A DNA stretch of 64,000 nt, taken from Tubiluchus corallicola. Its lineage: Eukaryota > Animalia > Priapulida. The DNA lies in assembly GCA_030141605.1 (NCBI GenBank), contig JAQGDQ010000289.1, positions 124,001-188,000 of the forward strand, given 5' to 3'. The notes beneath the pieces were generated by a model. The model made no database searches and was not told where the DNA came from. It saw only the letters and a list, made by a program, of their open reading frames with translations. The position numbers and the translations under genes were made by a program. This document shows positions 39,201 to 51,879 of this stretch, one piece after another. Position 1 is the stretch's first letter, and each line of letters starts with the position of its first letter.

Positions 39201-42200
39201 AATACATGTCAGAATTTAAGTTTGTAATTTTACATTGCTCAGCAGAAACTAAACATAGTTTTGAAATGCAATGTCATTTTAACAACAGCTTTGTAAGTGA
39301 TCTCACGAGTAAAGTCTGTCTGGGTAATCAAGTAATTTGTCTAATTTATGTTTTAAGAAGAAAGACCTAAAACCTCTCTTAAATGTAACCTGTAGTTATA
39401 AATGAAAAAAAATTAAGACTTCCCCGTATGTTACAAGCAGAAATACCAGTGGTTATGGTTCTGCAAAGAATTACAACTTACAATTGGTATTTATTTGTCA
39501 GGGCCAAAATTTAGACAAGAATCCCCGAATCCATTCATGTAAACATTCATGCCAATGCCCATTACCGCGAATCTGGTTAGATTCACACAGGTTTTACCTG
39601 AATGTTAAAAAATAAAAGAAATACTGGCACTAATGTGACTTTTTTGCTTTTTGCGTTACTTCACAAGTGGCTTTGGTGTATGGCGCTTTTCATTCAGAGT
39701 TGCATGTGAAAATTGTAGGGATCTATGCTCATTGCCAAACTAACAAGAATGTAAAATATAACAAAATTCTGGCCCTGTTTGTTGTAGGGAACTCACGCAT
39801 GCAGCTACATGGCTAAATCAGGATTAGGTACTACAAACCCCGGTTGGGTTACCACCGAGAACTGTAGGTAAGCTCAATGCCAATCATACCTGTTCCGTAT
39901 ACCTCTACACCAGAATGAAAAACGCCAAAGCCTAAATTTGAAGTGTACTCATTAATCCAGTACTGAAATAAAGAACAAAAATTACTCAGATAAAAGAAAA
40001 AAAAGCTATTAATTTAGAGTTAAAGTTTTTTAACACAACTTATCACAGCAGATGTGTCTCAAACCAATCATCTGTACAATTAGTAAATAAATTATTATAT
40101 AAATAAATACATAAATACATAATTATTAAATTACCATGAGCATTTATAAATAGAATGTAAAAGATGTGTTACAGGTAAGGTATAAAACTGGGTATTGCAT
40201 AGATTAGAATTACTGATGCATTGTAAGAGATCCAATAGGTCTATGTAGGCTCTTTGAGTTCGCCTTTCCAAATCATTTTCAGTTTTAGCTAATGCAGAAA
40301 TGTTTACAACAAAAATCTTTTCATATAAACCAATTTTTTGCCATTTGTGAAATTAGATGCTTTGAATGTGTTTGCAAGTGTGTGTGTGTATGTGTGTGTG
40401 TGTGTGTGTGTGTGCGTGCGTGCATGCGTGTGTGTATGGATTAATGTACGGCTAATCGCATTTTAAATGCAAACAATTTCAGATTTTGGTAAGATATATT
40501 TTCAGGATGTTGACTTACCAGCCAGGGGACCATATATAAGAATGTACATTTTTCAGGGTAAAGGAATGAAAGCTAAACGAGAAATTGAGCAATTCCCGAG
40601 AAAAACCTACTATTTTGTTATGTACAAAGCCTTCATAATTCACAGACAATGAATGGCATATGACTTGCAAGCTATATACCTATTTCTTAGGCTGTTTGCC
40701 TAAATGTGATTAACAGCTCTCCCTATAGTCTTAGTTGAGTTCTATTCATATCATACTTCCCCAAGGAAATGCAAAACCTGTGGGCTAGGGCTGGGACCAG
40801 TTAAGGATTCACTTAACCTGTTAATTTTTTATCAGTTAACTGTTAACTAATTAACTGATTAATCAGATCTAGGGAACATCGGAGGCCTGTTGTAATTTGC
40901 TGACTAGATCATTGGAGTACCAAATAAACAAAAAATTTACAACGCAAAAATATCAAATGAAACTTTAGAGGAATATGTTCAAATAAGAGTGAAACTTTTA
41001 TACATAGAAAGTGAAAAGTCTCTGTTTGTAAGGATTGATTTGATTCTATGTAGCAGCCCTGACAGTGATAGAGCATGTTAGAGGAATTATGTTAGAGGAG
41101 TAGAGTCCACCATGATAACGATCGGTTAACCACTTAAAAAATTTACCGGTTCTGGCAATGTTACCGGCAGAGTTCCATGCCAATGAAGACTCGAATCATT
41201 TAACATGTGGATGTGTACATATACAGCATGCATCATCAATTCGCTGAATCAGCGAGTTGATGTTAATTTGTTGATGGAGTTTCAAAATACCAAAGAACAC
41301 AGCCTACAAGACTTGAACAGCTTCACATAAACCATAATACATAGCGACCAGTATATATGTTACAACCAATGTGTGAAACCAGGGTATTCTATAGAATGCC
41401 TAGGCCTTTTATAGAGTGCCAATGTAAGCCAGGTAACGTGGCTAAAATAATTTATTCTATACTTTTCCTAGGCACTATATATAATGCAAAAGTTCCATTA
41501 GGCAAAGTGTGTAATTCTTTTATTTTGAATATACTTTTCCTAAGCGTTTTATAAACTGTTGAATAAATTTTAGGTAATATGAAAGTAAAACAAATGATTA
41601 ATTGTTTTGGTGAAATTTTACTAATCATTTTATATAATGCCAATTTTGTTCTGGAGAATGTGCAAAATAAGTGTTTCATGTTCTTACAAATTTGTGTGTT
41701 AGACCAGGTAACTAGCACTTCAGCCAAACATTCAGATTACATGACTGTTTCATTCATGTGCTGTTTGCATTTTTAGAAGTGATATACTTTTGGATTAGGT
41801 ACAAAGTGCATGATCCTTAAAGCTTGGTCATGTTGGTGCTGAGTGGTGCCGTTGTCACATTTATCTTTGAAAGCCATCGCAGGCCACAGTTTTCATGCAG
41901 GAAGCTGAGATTTTCCAAGAACGTGCTACGGAGCACTGCGCAAACCACGACAGAGCCTGGTCTTTCGCTTTCCCAATATGGCCTTCAAATATGCCCGTTA
42001 AATGGATCTGCCCTATACAATAAACTATTATATGGTTTGGGTTTCTTTCATTCTAATGTGTGAATGAATTTGCCCCAATGATGCACATTCTAAATTTTCA
42101 TGAAAAACGGATTCATGACAATAGTAAATACTTCCCACGAATTTCTTATGGAAGCCATTAACCGAGATAAAAGCATGTGCCAGAGGCAAGGACATTAGTA

Positions 42201-42714
42201 CTTCCATTCTTGTTGTGTTTCATACAGCATGATAGTAAAAACACTTAACTACTTGGTGCTTAAAATGAAAGAACGATTTCACACTAAATTAAAAAACAGA
42301 AGTCATTTAAAGCAGTGAGCGAGTGCTCTTTTGTTTTTCTAAGTGACAACAAACACCAGCAATTAATTAGGCTAATCATGTAAATGACTTTAACGTCAAG
42401 GCGAAAAAGCAGTCACCTCATTATTGCCTATGGTGCATGAGGTTATGGTTATCAAACAGCAATCATATAACACTTGTACAGAAGGAAATGCTGCTATAGA
42501 AAGAGAACTACTTAACATACTTTGTGATACAAATATGCTATGCAATATCCAACATTTAGTCTAAATTTCGACTACTGTATTATTGATTTGTTGCCATTCA
42601 ATTACATTGATCACAACAGACTTCTTCTTGTTCAAAAAGTGATTAGCGTGTGAGATAAATGTTACTGATACATACCATATCATAAATATTCAACAGCACC
42701 GGAGCCCTGGTCAT
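36203..42714 (-). CDS. DESI2: Desumoylating isopeptidase 2 (PPPDE peptidase), 5 coding exons, 167 aa
   Basis: Exons 42714-42676, 39962-39890, 38227-38134, 37301-37160, 36358-36203; all GT-AG, 504 nt. Translation [13 protein letters not shown]|[25 protein letters not shown]|[18 protein letters not shown]...|...[11 protein letters not shown]...|[35 protein letters not shown]. Catalytic His (HSG) and Cys (NCNH) are intact. The gene is absent from the ORF track. Confidence 0.96.
40378..40436. repeat. (GT)n/(GTGC)n microsatellite
   Basis: Compound GT repeat in a DESI2 intron. Confidence 0.9.
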
Positions 42715-43678
42715 GCCGTGGTTATTATTGCGACCGTGAACCATGGGACATTGATTTTCTCTAGTACCTTTTAACTGGGATGATCGTCAGACCTCTAAAA
42801 ATACTGAAATGGATTTAAAAAAATTACAAAATATAAAATCAGAAATTTCTGTAAGGTATACAAAACGTATGTCTATCAATTACAGTTAATCAACATGCAT
42901 TCAAGGTTCAGAATGGGTAGTAAACTAATCAAACGGATATGCAGTCTTGTTCTATCTGTATTTAAATGTTACATAACATATGCAAATCTTATTAACAAAC
43001 AAGCATAAACAATATGCAACTAGACATAGGCACATATGTGCTGCAAATAAACTTGGCATAGTACATACAATTGTATGTCCCTTTACTAACATCAACGCAA
43101 AATCGCTACAAACACTAAAAATTCATCTTGATAATTACAAATTAACAATTATCAAAATCAATTGCGTACTAAGTGTACAGAGTTAATCGTTAACTGCGAC
43201 TATAACCACACTCACAAATTATCGAATGTGTATAATCAAATTGAAAAATAAAATTTGCAAAATGTTTTCGTAGCCATGTTATCATGACACGAATTACACA
43301 ATCCCAGCCTTTTAAGCATACCTGGAGATTTTCACCTGTACCACACCCTAGCTACACTTATTTACTACACACTTTATTTACAAACTTTGCCCACTCTACA
43401 ATATATTTCTACACCGCACTCTTTGCTCATGGCACGTGCACATTGTAGCCGTAATAATCAGCATCGATTGTGGCTAACAATTCTAATATTTACAAGACAA
43501 AACATAAAGAGAAGACTGAACATACTTTGTATAAACTACATTCCATTTATATAGCTATTTTAGAACTGATTCGTTACAGATTAAGAGCGCTTGAGAGCAT
43601 TTATTCAGTTTACATGACAACTGTCGGATTGAATTGGTACCTTCAATTTACACTGCAGCATTCAGTTTTAGATCTTAC

Positions 43679-43960
43679 CTCCAAAACATACTTTACTCAA
43701 TATACAAAGTTAACGACACTTTTCATTTGTACATGCAAAACTATGCTAAATACCTGCTATTGGTTTTTTGTTTAAAATTCCTCTAATGCATTTTCGGACT
43801 TAATTTCTTTTCGAACTTAAACAACGTAACTTCGCTCTTATGATACGATCGCCCACGATAATGAGGATGAGTCATACAATTTTCCGGTACGTGATGTCAC
43901 ATCCGTAAATAGACTAACTAAAATAAGTATTGAATGGTGGCGTCCTCGAGTGTCGGTTAA
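43679..43960 (-). promoter_or_regulatory. Candidate non-coding first exon and promoter of DESI2
   Basis: Minus-strand donor GAG|gtaag at 43678, an acceptor ttttag near 42797 upstream of the ATG, and locally raised CpG at 43820-43980. Confidence 0.4.
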
Positions 43961-46150
43961 TAAAACGAACTAGCTGCGAAAACCAAGAGCTTCTAAAAAC
44001 TGCCTAAGATTATTGTAAAAAAATCGTAGAGGTTGATCTTTCGTTGGAAAAATCTTTTCTAATATTTTTTGCAAAAGTCTACAGAATTATACTATAGTCT
44101 CAACGTTTAGTCTAGAAGTTTTCCGTCTCGACTAGATCTCGAATAAAAGCTAAATTAATGAGAGACTGCAACAATGCTGAACCATAAAGTCAATACAGAA
44201 AGTACTGCCTGTAATTATTTTATGCTTTCTTTATTGACTTTATGATTCGGTACTGTTGTAGTCATTTCTCTTATTATGTCTTCACTTTTCTGCTACATTG
44301 AAAATGACGTTATAAAATTTAATGTTATTATGTCATTATTTTATTATATCAATTTTGCACAAAAGTATTAATTTTCCATTTTCTTTTTCTATTACTTCTG
44401 TTGTTTATATGCGTAGCGTAATAACTTTCATAAAAAAGTTTTATAAATTTCGTAAGTGAAAAATAATTTATTACAGAGTGCCTTTTTGGTGAGATAAAAT
44501 TAAGGCATGCCATGTTGCTTATGTAGAACTTTTTTATTTGCCTTGTTTTATTTCACTGTGAAATCCAAACCGAAGTGCATAACACAATTATAAAAGACAA
44601 TTTTGCATACAAAAAGGCAACACCCGACTATTGCAGAAACAAGATTGAGCTTTCGATCATTATAACAATAGTGAGTAAAAGTAGGTAACGTATAACTATC
44701 ACTAGTGAATCTTAAACTATTAAGGATTATTATAATATCGCACTATTAGTTGCTTACTTGAAAATGTGTTAGCCCAACTTAGAACATAGCCCAACGTAAA
44801 ATTCTTTCTCGGTCGCTTTGTTATATAACAACTTTTTTAATTTTAATTTACTTGTAGGCTTCTTAGGTAATGGCTTTAATGTGTTGGTAGGCCGTACCAG
44901 TTTTTAACAGCGATGCAGTAGAACGTTCTTCTAGTTGCGCTATTTATTTAGTTATGACCCGTTTTGTTTATTGCAACATTTTATCTCCTTTGTAGGTGAT
45001 AGCAAATTTAACATAATAATTATGATTTGTATCGACGACAAAAAAGAGCCTTCTCTTTATGTCCTGAGTTTACTTAAGCAACTACTGAAGCCATTGATGT
45101 ATTTCCGAAAATTTGGTAGAAGCGACGGTTAGTGTCAATAAGATGTGAATCACCGCAAGCCAAACAATAGCCATCACATAGCTAGGTCACTTAACAATTC
45201 ACGAGAGTATTTGATTTCATACGTGGTGTAGCAGACCCACGTGTGCGTACAGTTCAGTAGTGAAGCTACACTGTAAGCCGAAACCTGAATCACGTGATCG
45301 AAGCGTCATGAGGCTATGTGAACATCCATATTAATAATAATTAATAATATAGTAGTAACATGTCTACTTCTCCAATGCATGTACATTGTATAATGTTGGC
45401 CCATCACTCAAAAAAAATCGCTTCTTCAAGACTTCATGCTATTGTCACACACTTAGTTCGGGATTTGGAAACTCAATATTTCATAATAATTCATTGGAAT
45501 TTTAGCGCCTAATTAAAGCTTTCTTGAGTCTCTTGCATTCTTCCATTTCTTTCATGTAGTTTTTAAGGCTTAGTTACGGTTACGAGAAAATAGCTTAAAC
45601 TGTAAAGGCTTATTTACAATCATTCCATTGATTACAGGTACAGAGTAAGTACAGAATGCATAATCTGCTTTGCTATTAAAAATATCTTTATTTAGATAAC
45701 GGTTGCTATTGCTATAAAAAGAGAAGACGAGAAGATAAATTGTAAAACGCCTCGGCCACCATGTAAATAGTGGTCACGTGAATTCAATACAGTGACACGT
45801 GACTTTTCGGCGCCAACGTGCAGTCAACAACCTCAGGTGATTCACTCATGTAATATCATGACTGCTACGCTTAATAAGCCATTACTAATAAAAGATTGTT
45901 ATTGGAACGTTACCTACATCTACGACATAAATTCCACTGAATAATGACAGTCATGTTATCGATTGATTACGTTCTGTGAGTCACTGTTTTACAGATTTTA
46001 CAATTTTCGTATAAGACCACATGTATGCGTGCAAGTAGGCTTAGTGGCTAGCTTACAAACAACTGTAACACAAGCCAGCTATATGTTTTGACTCCTACTC
46101 GACTATAAAGGTGTTTTGGTGTTTTCGGACTGCGTCTGCTCGTCCAATAG

Positions 46151-46230
46151 TCTCTCTCTCTCTCTCTCTCGCTCGCTTGCTCGCTCTCTCTCCACCTCCT
46201 CTTTCTCGTTCCTTTCCTCCTTGCTCCATT
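46151..46230. repeat. (CT)n microsatellite and pyrimidine tract
   Basis: (tc)10 followed by (gctc)n and CT-rich sequence. Confidence 0.85.
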
Positions 46231-47554
46231 CCTATATCTTTCCATATCCAGTCTTTCAATACGTTTAAATACCTAAAAAAACGTCATAAGATGATCAGAC
46301 ATCCAAACTATTAGGTACACAGTAAGAGTTGTAACACCAATATTGTTACCAGCAATAGGTGAAACTGGAATTTTAAACACCAGAAATTTGGATGCTTTTC
46401 CTCGAATTCATCTATTTTACCTACTTTTCTCTAGCCATAGGCCTATGACGCCAATGAAATACAACTATTCATACTTGGTTTAAGACCAATCAGTAAAATG
46501 CACAACGTATTTTGAAAATGCTTCACAGGAACCACTCCTTACCCTTATTTTCAGACAAACTATGATTTCAATTATTCACAGCATACTTTGTCACGCATGA
46601 GAAGTTGCTGATTTCGCCGTAATATTAACAGGAGCGTTTCTAATCCTTTAACTGCATGCATTCGCTTATCAGGCATAACCGAATCAATGTAAATACCGTG
46701 GCTCTTTGTGTTGGGATGTGAGTCAGAGAATATTAGGCAATCGTGCACGTGTGCTGGGCTTCTATTCCAGAGAACGCCTAAATTTGCATTAATGTTAAAT
46801 CAACAATGCCTTACTTGGAACATACTGCCAGTGATTACAGAGCATACATTATAAATCAGTAGTTCACACACGAGGTAATCCCTTACTCCTCACTAACAAG
46901 CAACAGTGTTTAATAATCATTTGGGAGTTTTGGTTAGTGTACGAAATAATATCTTAATACACCATTAGAGCTCTTTCAAAGAAGAGCAACATATAACAAC
47001 AACGGCCTTTCTGCAACTTCTATTTGTGAGGTGAAACTTCTGGGTTAGTTGTTAATTTTAAAACCCGAAGTATATGTTTTAGTATCCACACATTAAATTT
47101 TTACTATGAATTTTGTAGTTTAGTGTATTTAAATGTCTCAAAACACTGTCTTGCAAGTTTTGTAATTTCTCTTTTTAACACTTGTTTGTTTGTAAATATG
47201 TCTCTGTGTTCTAAGAAGTTATAGTCTGAATTAAAGCAAATGTATGATAATGGTAATAGTGGTAATAATATGAGGTGCAGCTATGATCCTAATAACTGAT
47301 GCGATTATATTATAAACGTTTAATAACAAGAGATTCTATCACTAACTATCAAGCGTAATCTCAGCTCGTTTGCACTATAATAAAAAGAGATGACATGTGC
47401 GAACTTCTGTGACTAAGAGTGACATCATGCACTGAGGCGAATGATGAAGTATGACTGATTACATCTTCAGCTTCTTCGATAGCGAAAGCGAAAAGTTTCG
47501 TGAGGTATTAACATGTAAAACACATAACTGAACATAATTTATGCAGATTTATAA

Positions 47555-48097
47555 CAAAAAGGAGAAAATAAAAGGAAGTGAGAGAAAAAGTAAGATGAAG
47601 CAGTTACATAAAAAGAGGAAGATAGCCATAAGTGGTAAAACCACGAAGAGAAGGGTGGAAGCATGGAAAAAGCTGAAAAAGGAAGAAAAAAGGAGAGGAG
47701 CAGGGAAAAACAAAGAAAGAAAGCAGTGCGTTAAAAAAGAAGCAGAAGAAGAAATAAAAAGTAAGAAAGAATTAAAAAAAGGAAAGAAGCAGAAAGAAAG
47801 AAAAAAGAAAAGGAAAGAAAAAGAAAGACGAAAGAAAGAAAAAAGATAAAAAGAAAACAGAAAGAGTAAATTAATTGAAAAAGAAACACAACAAGGGAAA
47901 ATATGATGTACGTGTAAAAGAAATACAGGAAAGGAAAACAAAGCATGAGAAATTCAATGGCATTAAGAAGAAAAAGAACAATTAAAGAAGATAGACTGAA
48001 ATAGAAGAGAGAAAGGAAAGAAGGAAAGAGAGCGAGAAACACAAAGAGAGAGAGAGAGAGAGAGAACAAAGAACATGAGAAAGGAGAAAAGGAAAAT
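47555..48097. repeat. Purine-rich (A/G) low-complexity tract, ~540 bp
   Basis: Mostly A/G on the + strand, ending in (GA)n; it explains the K/E/R-rich and F/L/S-rich ORFs here. Confidence 0.9.
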
Positions 48098-49429
48098 GTT
48101 TACAACATTTTGTGCTTAAAACTTTAATGATTCGTGAGCGCTGTCTAGAATAAATCCAGCCAGCCATGCTTTAATTGTTACTTACACCTATTTTCATTAC
48201 ATCATGCATAAATATGTTAAAATAGGCTTTCTCTCCAGCCACGTGCCTCGTGGAGCCTGTGCTTTGTCTTCCAGTTCAACAAAGGCGAGACGCAGTGGAA
48301 TAATTTATTAGGCTGACGCTACCTCCCCTGGCGAATTCACTTGAAGCCACTCTACGAGGGGAATGGGGTGACGACGAGGAAAAATCGTTTCAGCAACCAA
48401 ACCACTCACCGCGCGGATTAGGAACTACGTAAAAACTTTAGTTTTGTGAAGCAAAAGATCTCAATAAAAATACCTTAGGTAACAACAAGACGAGAAGGAA
48501 TAATAAGTACCTAAACACAGGACATACTAAAAGTACTAGAACGGAGCGGTTTAGCATAAAAGGAGTCAGAGAACGCAAGGTTTTAGTTTTTTAATAGAAG
48601 CTGCATTACTTTCACACAGTGGTATTGCTAGAGCTCCCGGCGTTATTTTAGCTACGCCCCAATGAATGTACATAGTTATTGATGCTTACTACTAAAATCA
48701 GCTGCCTGTACAATTACGGTAGGTGGTTAGCGATGTTAGAGCATGTGCGAAAAATAGGAACCATTGTTAATACGTTTCAGCAGCGCCCTCCCATCGTACC
48801 TGTAAATGAAAGAATTTATTCAATGTTGAAAATATAACAAAATAAAGCATAAACACGTGAACAAAATAACATTCAGTTAATTATGAATAGGATATGAATA
48901 TCAGACAAATCAGATAAACTAAAATACTAAAAGAATTTACTTTTTTGAAGTCGCGCTAATTACGTGTTTACTAATTAAAATTTTGAGACAACTTATAAAT
49001 TCAATCTAAGACATGTGCTATTGTTACATATAACTAGAGCTTGTAGTAAACCAGAAATTGCAACAAAACAAACAATAAATTAAAAGTCTTTCTGCACATA
49101 TTGCTTGTTGTGCTTTAGTGTATAATATATACACAAAGAGTATTTTAGTGTTTGATAGCAACTGGTAGACGTGATAGATTGCCACACTTCGCAACCAGGA
49201 TATGGATTTTGGAAAAACGTAACGCATTTAGAATTGCGTTAAACTAATATAATTTTGGGGCATTTATTTTGACTTGTTGCGATTTGAACTAATAATTACA
49301 TATTTTGGAAATGTTATTGCTTGATTAATTTATCATAATATTAAATTAAGTAAATTTTATCTTGCGCAACAACATCTAGTTGGCATTCAATGAAAGTTAA
49401 ACCTCTTATTTATACCGGCAATGAATAAT

Positions 49430-49600
49430 CATGCAAACAGCTGAACACTAGTTATGTAAGCCAATTCACAATACAGCGTCTGTATTCTTATTCAAGCAAA
49501 ATTTTACTATGATGGGCGTGACTTTGCTATAGATCGGCACGTCACAGTTCAGCAGTGCAAAAGCTTATAATAAAATCGGTAATGGCAGCCATCTATGCCG
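49430..49600 (+). promoter_or_regulatory. Candidate INSM core promoter
   Basis: In order: E-box CAGCTG 49438-49443, CCAAT 49461, GC-box-like gggcgtg 49514, TATA-like tataataaaa 49566; ~400 bp upstream of the ATG. Confidence 0.5.
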
Positions 49601-49965
49601 CAAGCTACGTCTGTCATTACTCATGAACGTATTGCAGAATTTCTCAGCATGATTTACTGGTTTATTAATGGTACACTGCATAGTACGACTGCAGAAACGT
49701 GTGATCTTTGTACTATGAGGATCGTGCGACAAATCGCATTTGAACTGCAGCCGAAAGAAGCACAATTTGGACTTGTATTTACCACAATGAAAAGTAATAT
49801 TTTCTGTCTAACTAAAAGTAACATTATGTGAAGTTACGAAATGTTTCAAAACCAATCAAATGTGCAATATATTAAAGTGCAATAGTGTCGAAAATTTATT
49901 TTTATGTGATTCACTTACGGAACTGATTGATTGATGCTTGTGTTTAGTTTCTAATTATCACCGCA

Positions 49966-51879
49966 ATGCCTCGCAATTTTCTAGTCAAAAGAAATTCTAA
50001 GATTCGTTCGTCGGTTGCTTACCGACCTGTTCGGCAGTCAGATAACGAAACGAGCGAAGAGACGTTGCAAATTTATGCGACGGACAAGAAGGAAAATAAA
50101 TCAGTTTTGTTACAAGACCACTACTCGGATTCGCTAGACGAAAAATTAGGAAACAGAGGTAGTTCAATTCATGCAGAAGAAACAAACATTGAAAACGGAA
50201 ATGGTTCATTCACATTGAAATGCGATGCAGACGTAAAGCAAAGTTTGCCTTTTAATAAGACGCCGCGGCAACTAGAACTGTTAAGCAGACATGGTAGTGT
50301 GAACGCCGATGGTAACGATGGCGATGATACTGATGATGGCACCGTATATGATAGAACTGGCAATTTTATTCCTCGGCACGTGAGCACCATGAACTGGACG
50401 AAGGCTTTGACAAAAGAGAACTGGCCCTCACCGAGGGATCTGGCAGCCGCGTACGAACTAGCCGCCGCAAATCTTCTACATGTACAAGAAGACAGAGGGA
50501 AGGAAGAAAGATGGTCTCCTGGCATATCAAAGGTTCATCCATGCAGTCCAGAAAGACGAGTCGCCTGGTCACCTGTGGATGGCCGCACTGTACATTTGTC
50601 ACCTAACACAAGCAGAAAATTGAGCAGCCCAATTCGCAAAAGCGAAACACCACAGAAGAGCCCAGTAAAGCTAAGTTTAGATCTGCCCAAAAAGACAACA
50701 AGTCCTATACGAGTTCCACTTTACCGAAATCCCGAAATGAACGACGGGGATTCGCGGTCACCTTCTAATCATTCAAACTCTCCTTTGCCTCTTTCTATTC
50801 ATCCATATTTTTTGACCGGTTCTCCATTGTATTACCTAAATGACTTTAACAAGCTGGCAGTCCATTCCCCAGGCAGTTCCACCTCTTCTGCACCTTCTGG
50901 AAGGGCTAGTCCAGCTTTGTCTTCACCATCTAAGAGACGCATAGGAAGCGGAGATGCCAACACTCCAAAAAAGTGTAAAGCTACCAGAAAGCTAACTTTT
51001 TGTAACGACAATTCTTCACCAGTCTCTGGCACATTTATCAAGCCAAAAGACGAACCAACTGCCACCAGATGCGTGGAGATGGATGACTCTGCCAGGATGG
51101 TGGATGTGACACCAGAAGCAAGAGCCGAACTGGAAAAGATCGAGAATAAAATTGGCGATTACATCTGTCAACTTTGCAAGGAGAAGTTTGCAGATGCTTT
51201 TCTGTTGGCACAGCACAGATGCTCGCGTATAGTCCACATGGAGTACAGGTGCCCGGAGTGCAGCAAAGTCTTCAACTGTCCAGCAAACTTGGCTTCTCAT
51301 CGACGATGGCACAAACCCAAGGAAGATCAAGATAGAGGTAACAACAACGGAATCCAGACACCCTTGGTAACGAATGTCAACAAGAACTATAAAGATGTAC
51401 ATCATCATTTTCCAGATGGAAATGAGAATTCTGATCCTTGCCCGGCTATTATTTCCATTCCCAACAGTGACGGTGAGTACTCGTGCGACTATTGCAAAAA
51501 GAAATTCAAGAGACACGGCTATCTTCGAAAACATATTTTGAGCCATCTGGACTCACACAAGGAGCTTCGGTGCAACTTATGTGGAAAAGATTTTTCACTG
51601 CTGGAGGAAAAGTTACACCACATTTCCGAATTTCATCCATCATCAAAGCAAGAACTGGAGCAGCGACAACTTCACCGTTGTACCCTGTGTGGACTTGGCT
51701 ACCCTACCAGATCAGAATTGGACAAGCACACAAGACAACATGACACCCAAGCGTTTCCTTGTAGGTACTGTAACAGTACATTCTTCACTGCTCCAGGTCT
51801 TACGCGACATATTAACAAGTGCCATCCAGTCGAGACACGTCAAATCCTTCTACTGCAGCTACCCGAATATCAGTCATAA
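49966..51879 (+). CDS. INSM1: Insulinoma-associated (INSM/IA-1, nerfin/egl-46 family) SNAG zinc-finger repressor, intronless, 637 aa
   Basis: N-terminal SNAG motif MPRNFLVKR; KATRKLTF...SSPVSG motif; diagnostic CQLCKEKFADAFLLAQHRCSRIVHMEYRCPECSKVFNCPANLASHRRWHKP; terminal PGLTRHINKCHP.ETRQILLLQ. Probably co-orthologous to vertebrate INSM1 and INSM2. Confidence 0.96.
   Translation: MPRNFLVKRNSKIRSSVAYRPVRQSDNETSEETLQIYATDKKENKSVLLQDHYSDSLDEKLGNRGSSIHAEETNIENGNGSFTLKCDADVKQSLPFNKTPRQLELLSRHGSVNADGNDGDDTDDGTVYDRTGNFIPRHVSTMNWTKALTKENWPSPRDLAAAYELAAANLLHVQEDRGKEERWSPGISKVHPCSPERRVAWSPVDGRTVHLSPNTSRKLSSPIRKSETPQKSPVKLSLDLPKKTTSPIRVPLYRNPEMNDGDSRSPSNHSNSPLPLSIHPYFLTGSPLYYLNDFNKLAVHSPGSSTSSAPSGRASPALSSPSKRRIGSGDANTPKKCKATRKLTFCNDNSSPVSGTFIKPKDEPTATRCVEMDDSARMVDVTPEARAELEKIENKIGDYICQLCKEKFADAFLLAQHRCSRIVHMEYRCPECSKVFNCPANLASHRRWHKPKEDQDRGNNNGIQTPLVTNVNKNYKDVHHHFPDGNENSDPCPAIISIPNSDGEYSCDYCKKKFKRHGYLRKHILSHLDSHKELRCNLCGKDFSLLEEKLHHISEFHPSSKQELEQRQLHRCTLCGLGYPTRSELDKHTRQHDTQAFPCRYCNSTFFTAPGLTRHINKCHPVETRQILLLQLPEYQS

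Noticed and set aside
40786-41061. tagggctg...cagccctg ends with internal TTAAC palindromes (hAT-MITE-like)
   Set aside because: The TIR is too short and no target-site duplication is evident.
47541-48167. K/E/R-rich and F/L/S-rich ORFs on both strands
   Set aside because: Artefacts of the purine-rich low-complexity tract.
49595-49831. 78-aa ORF upstream of INSM
   Set aside because: Starts about at the predicted TSS and has no recognisable features; at most a uORF.
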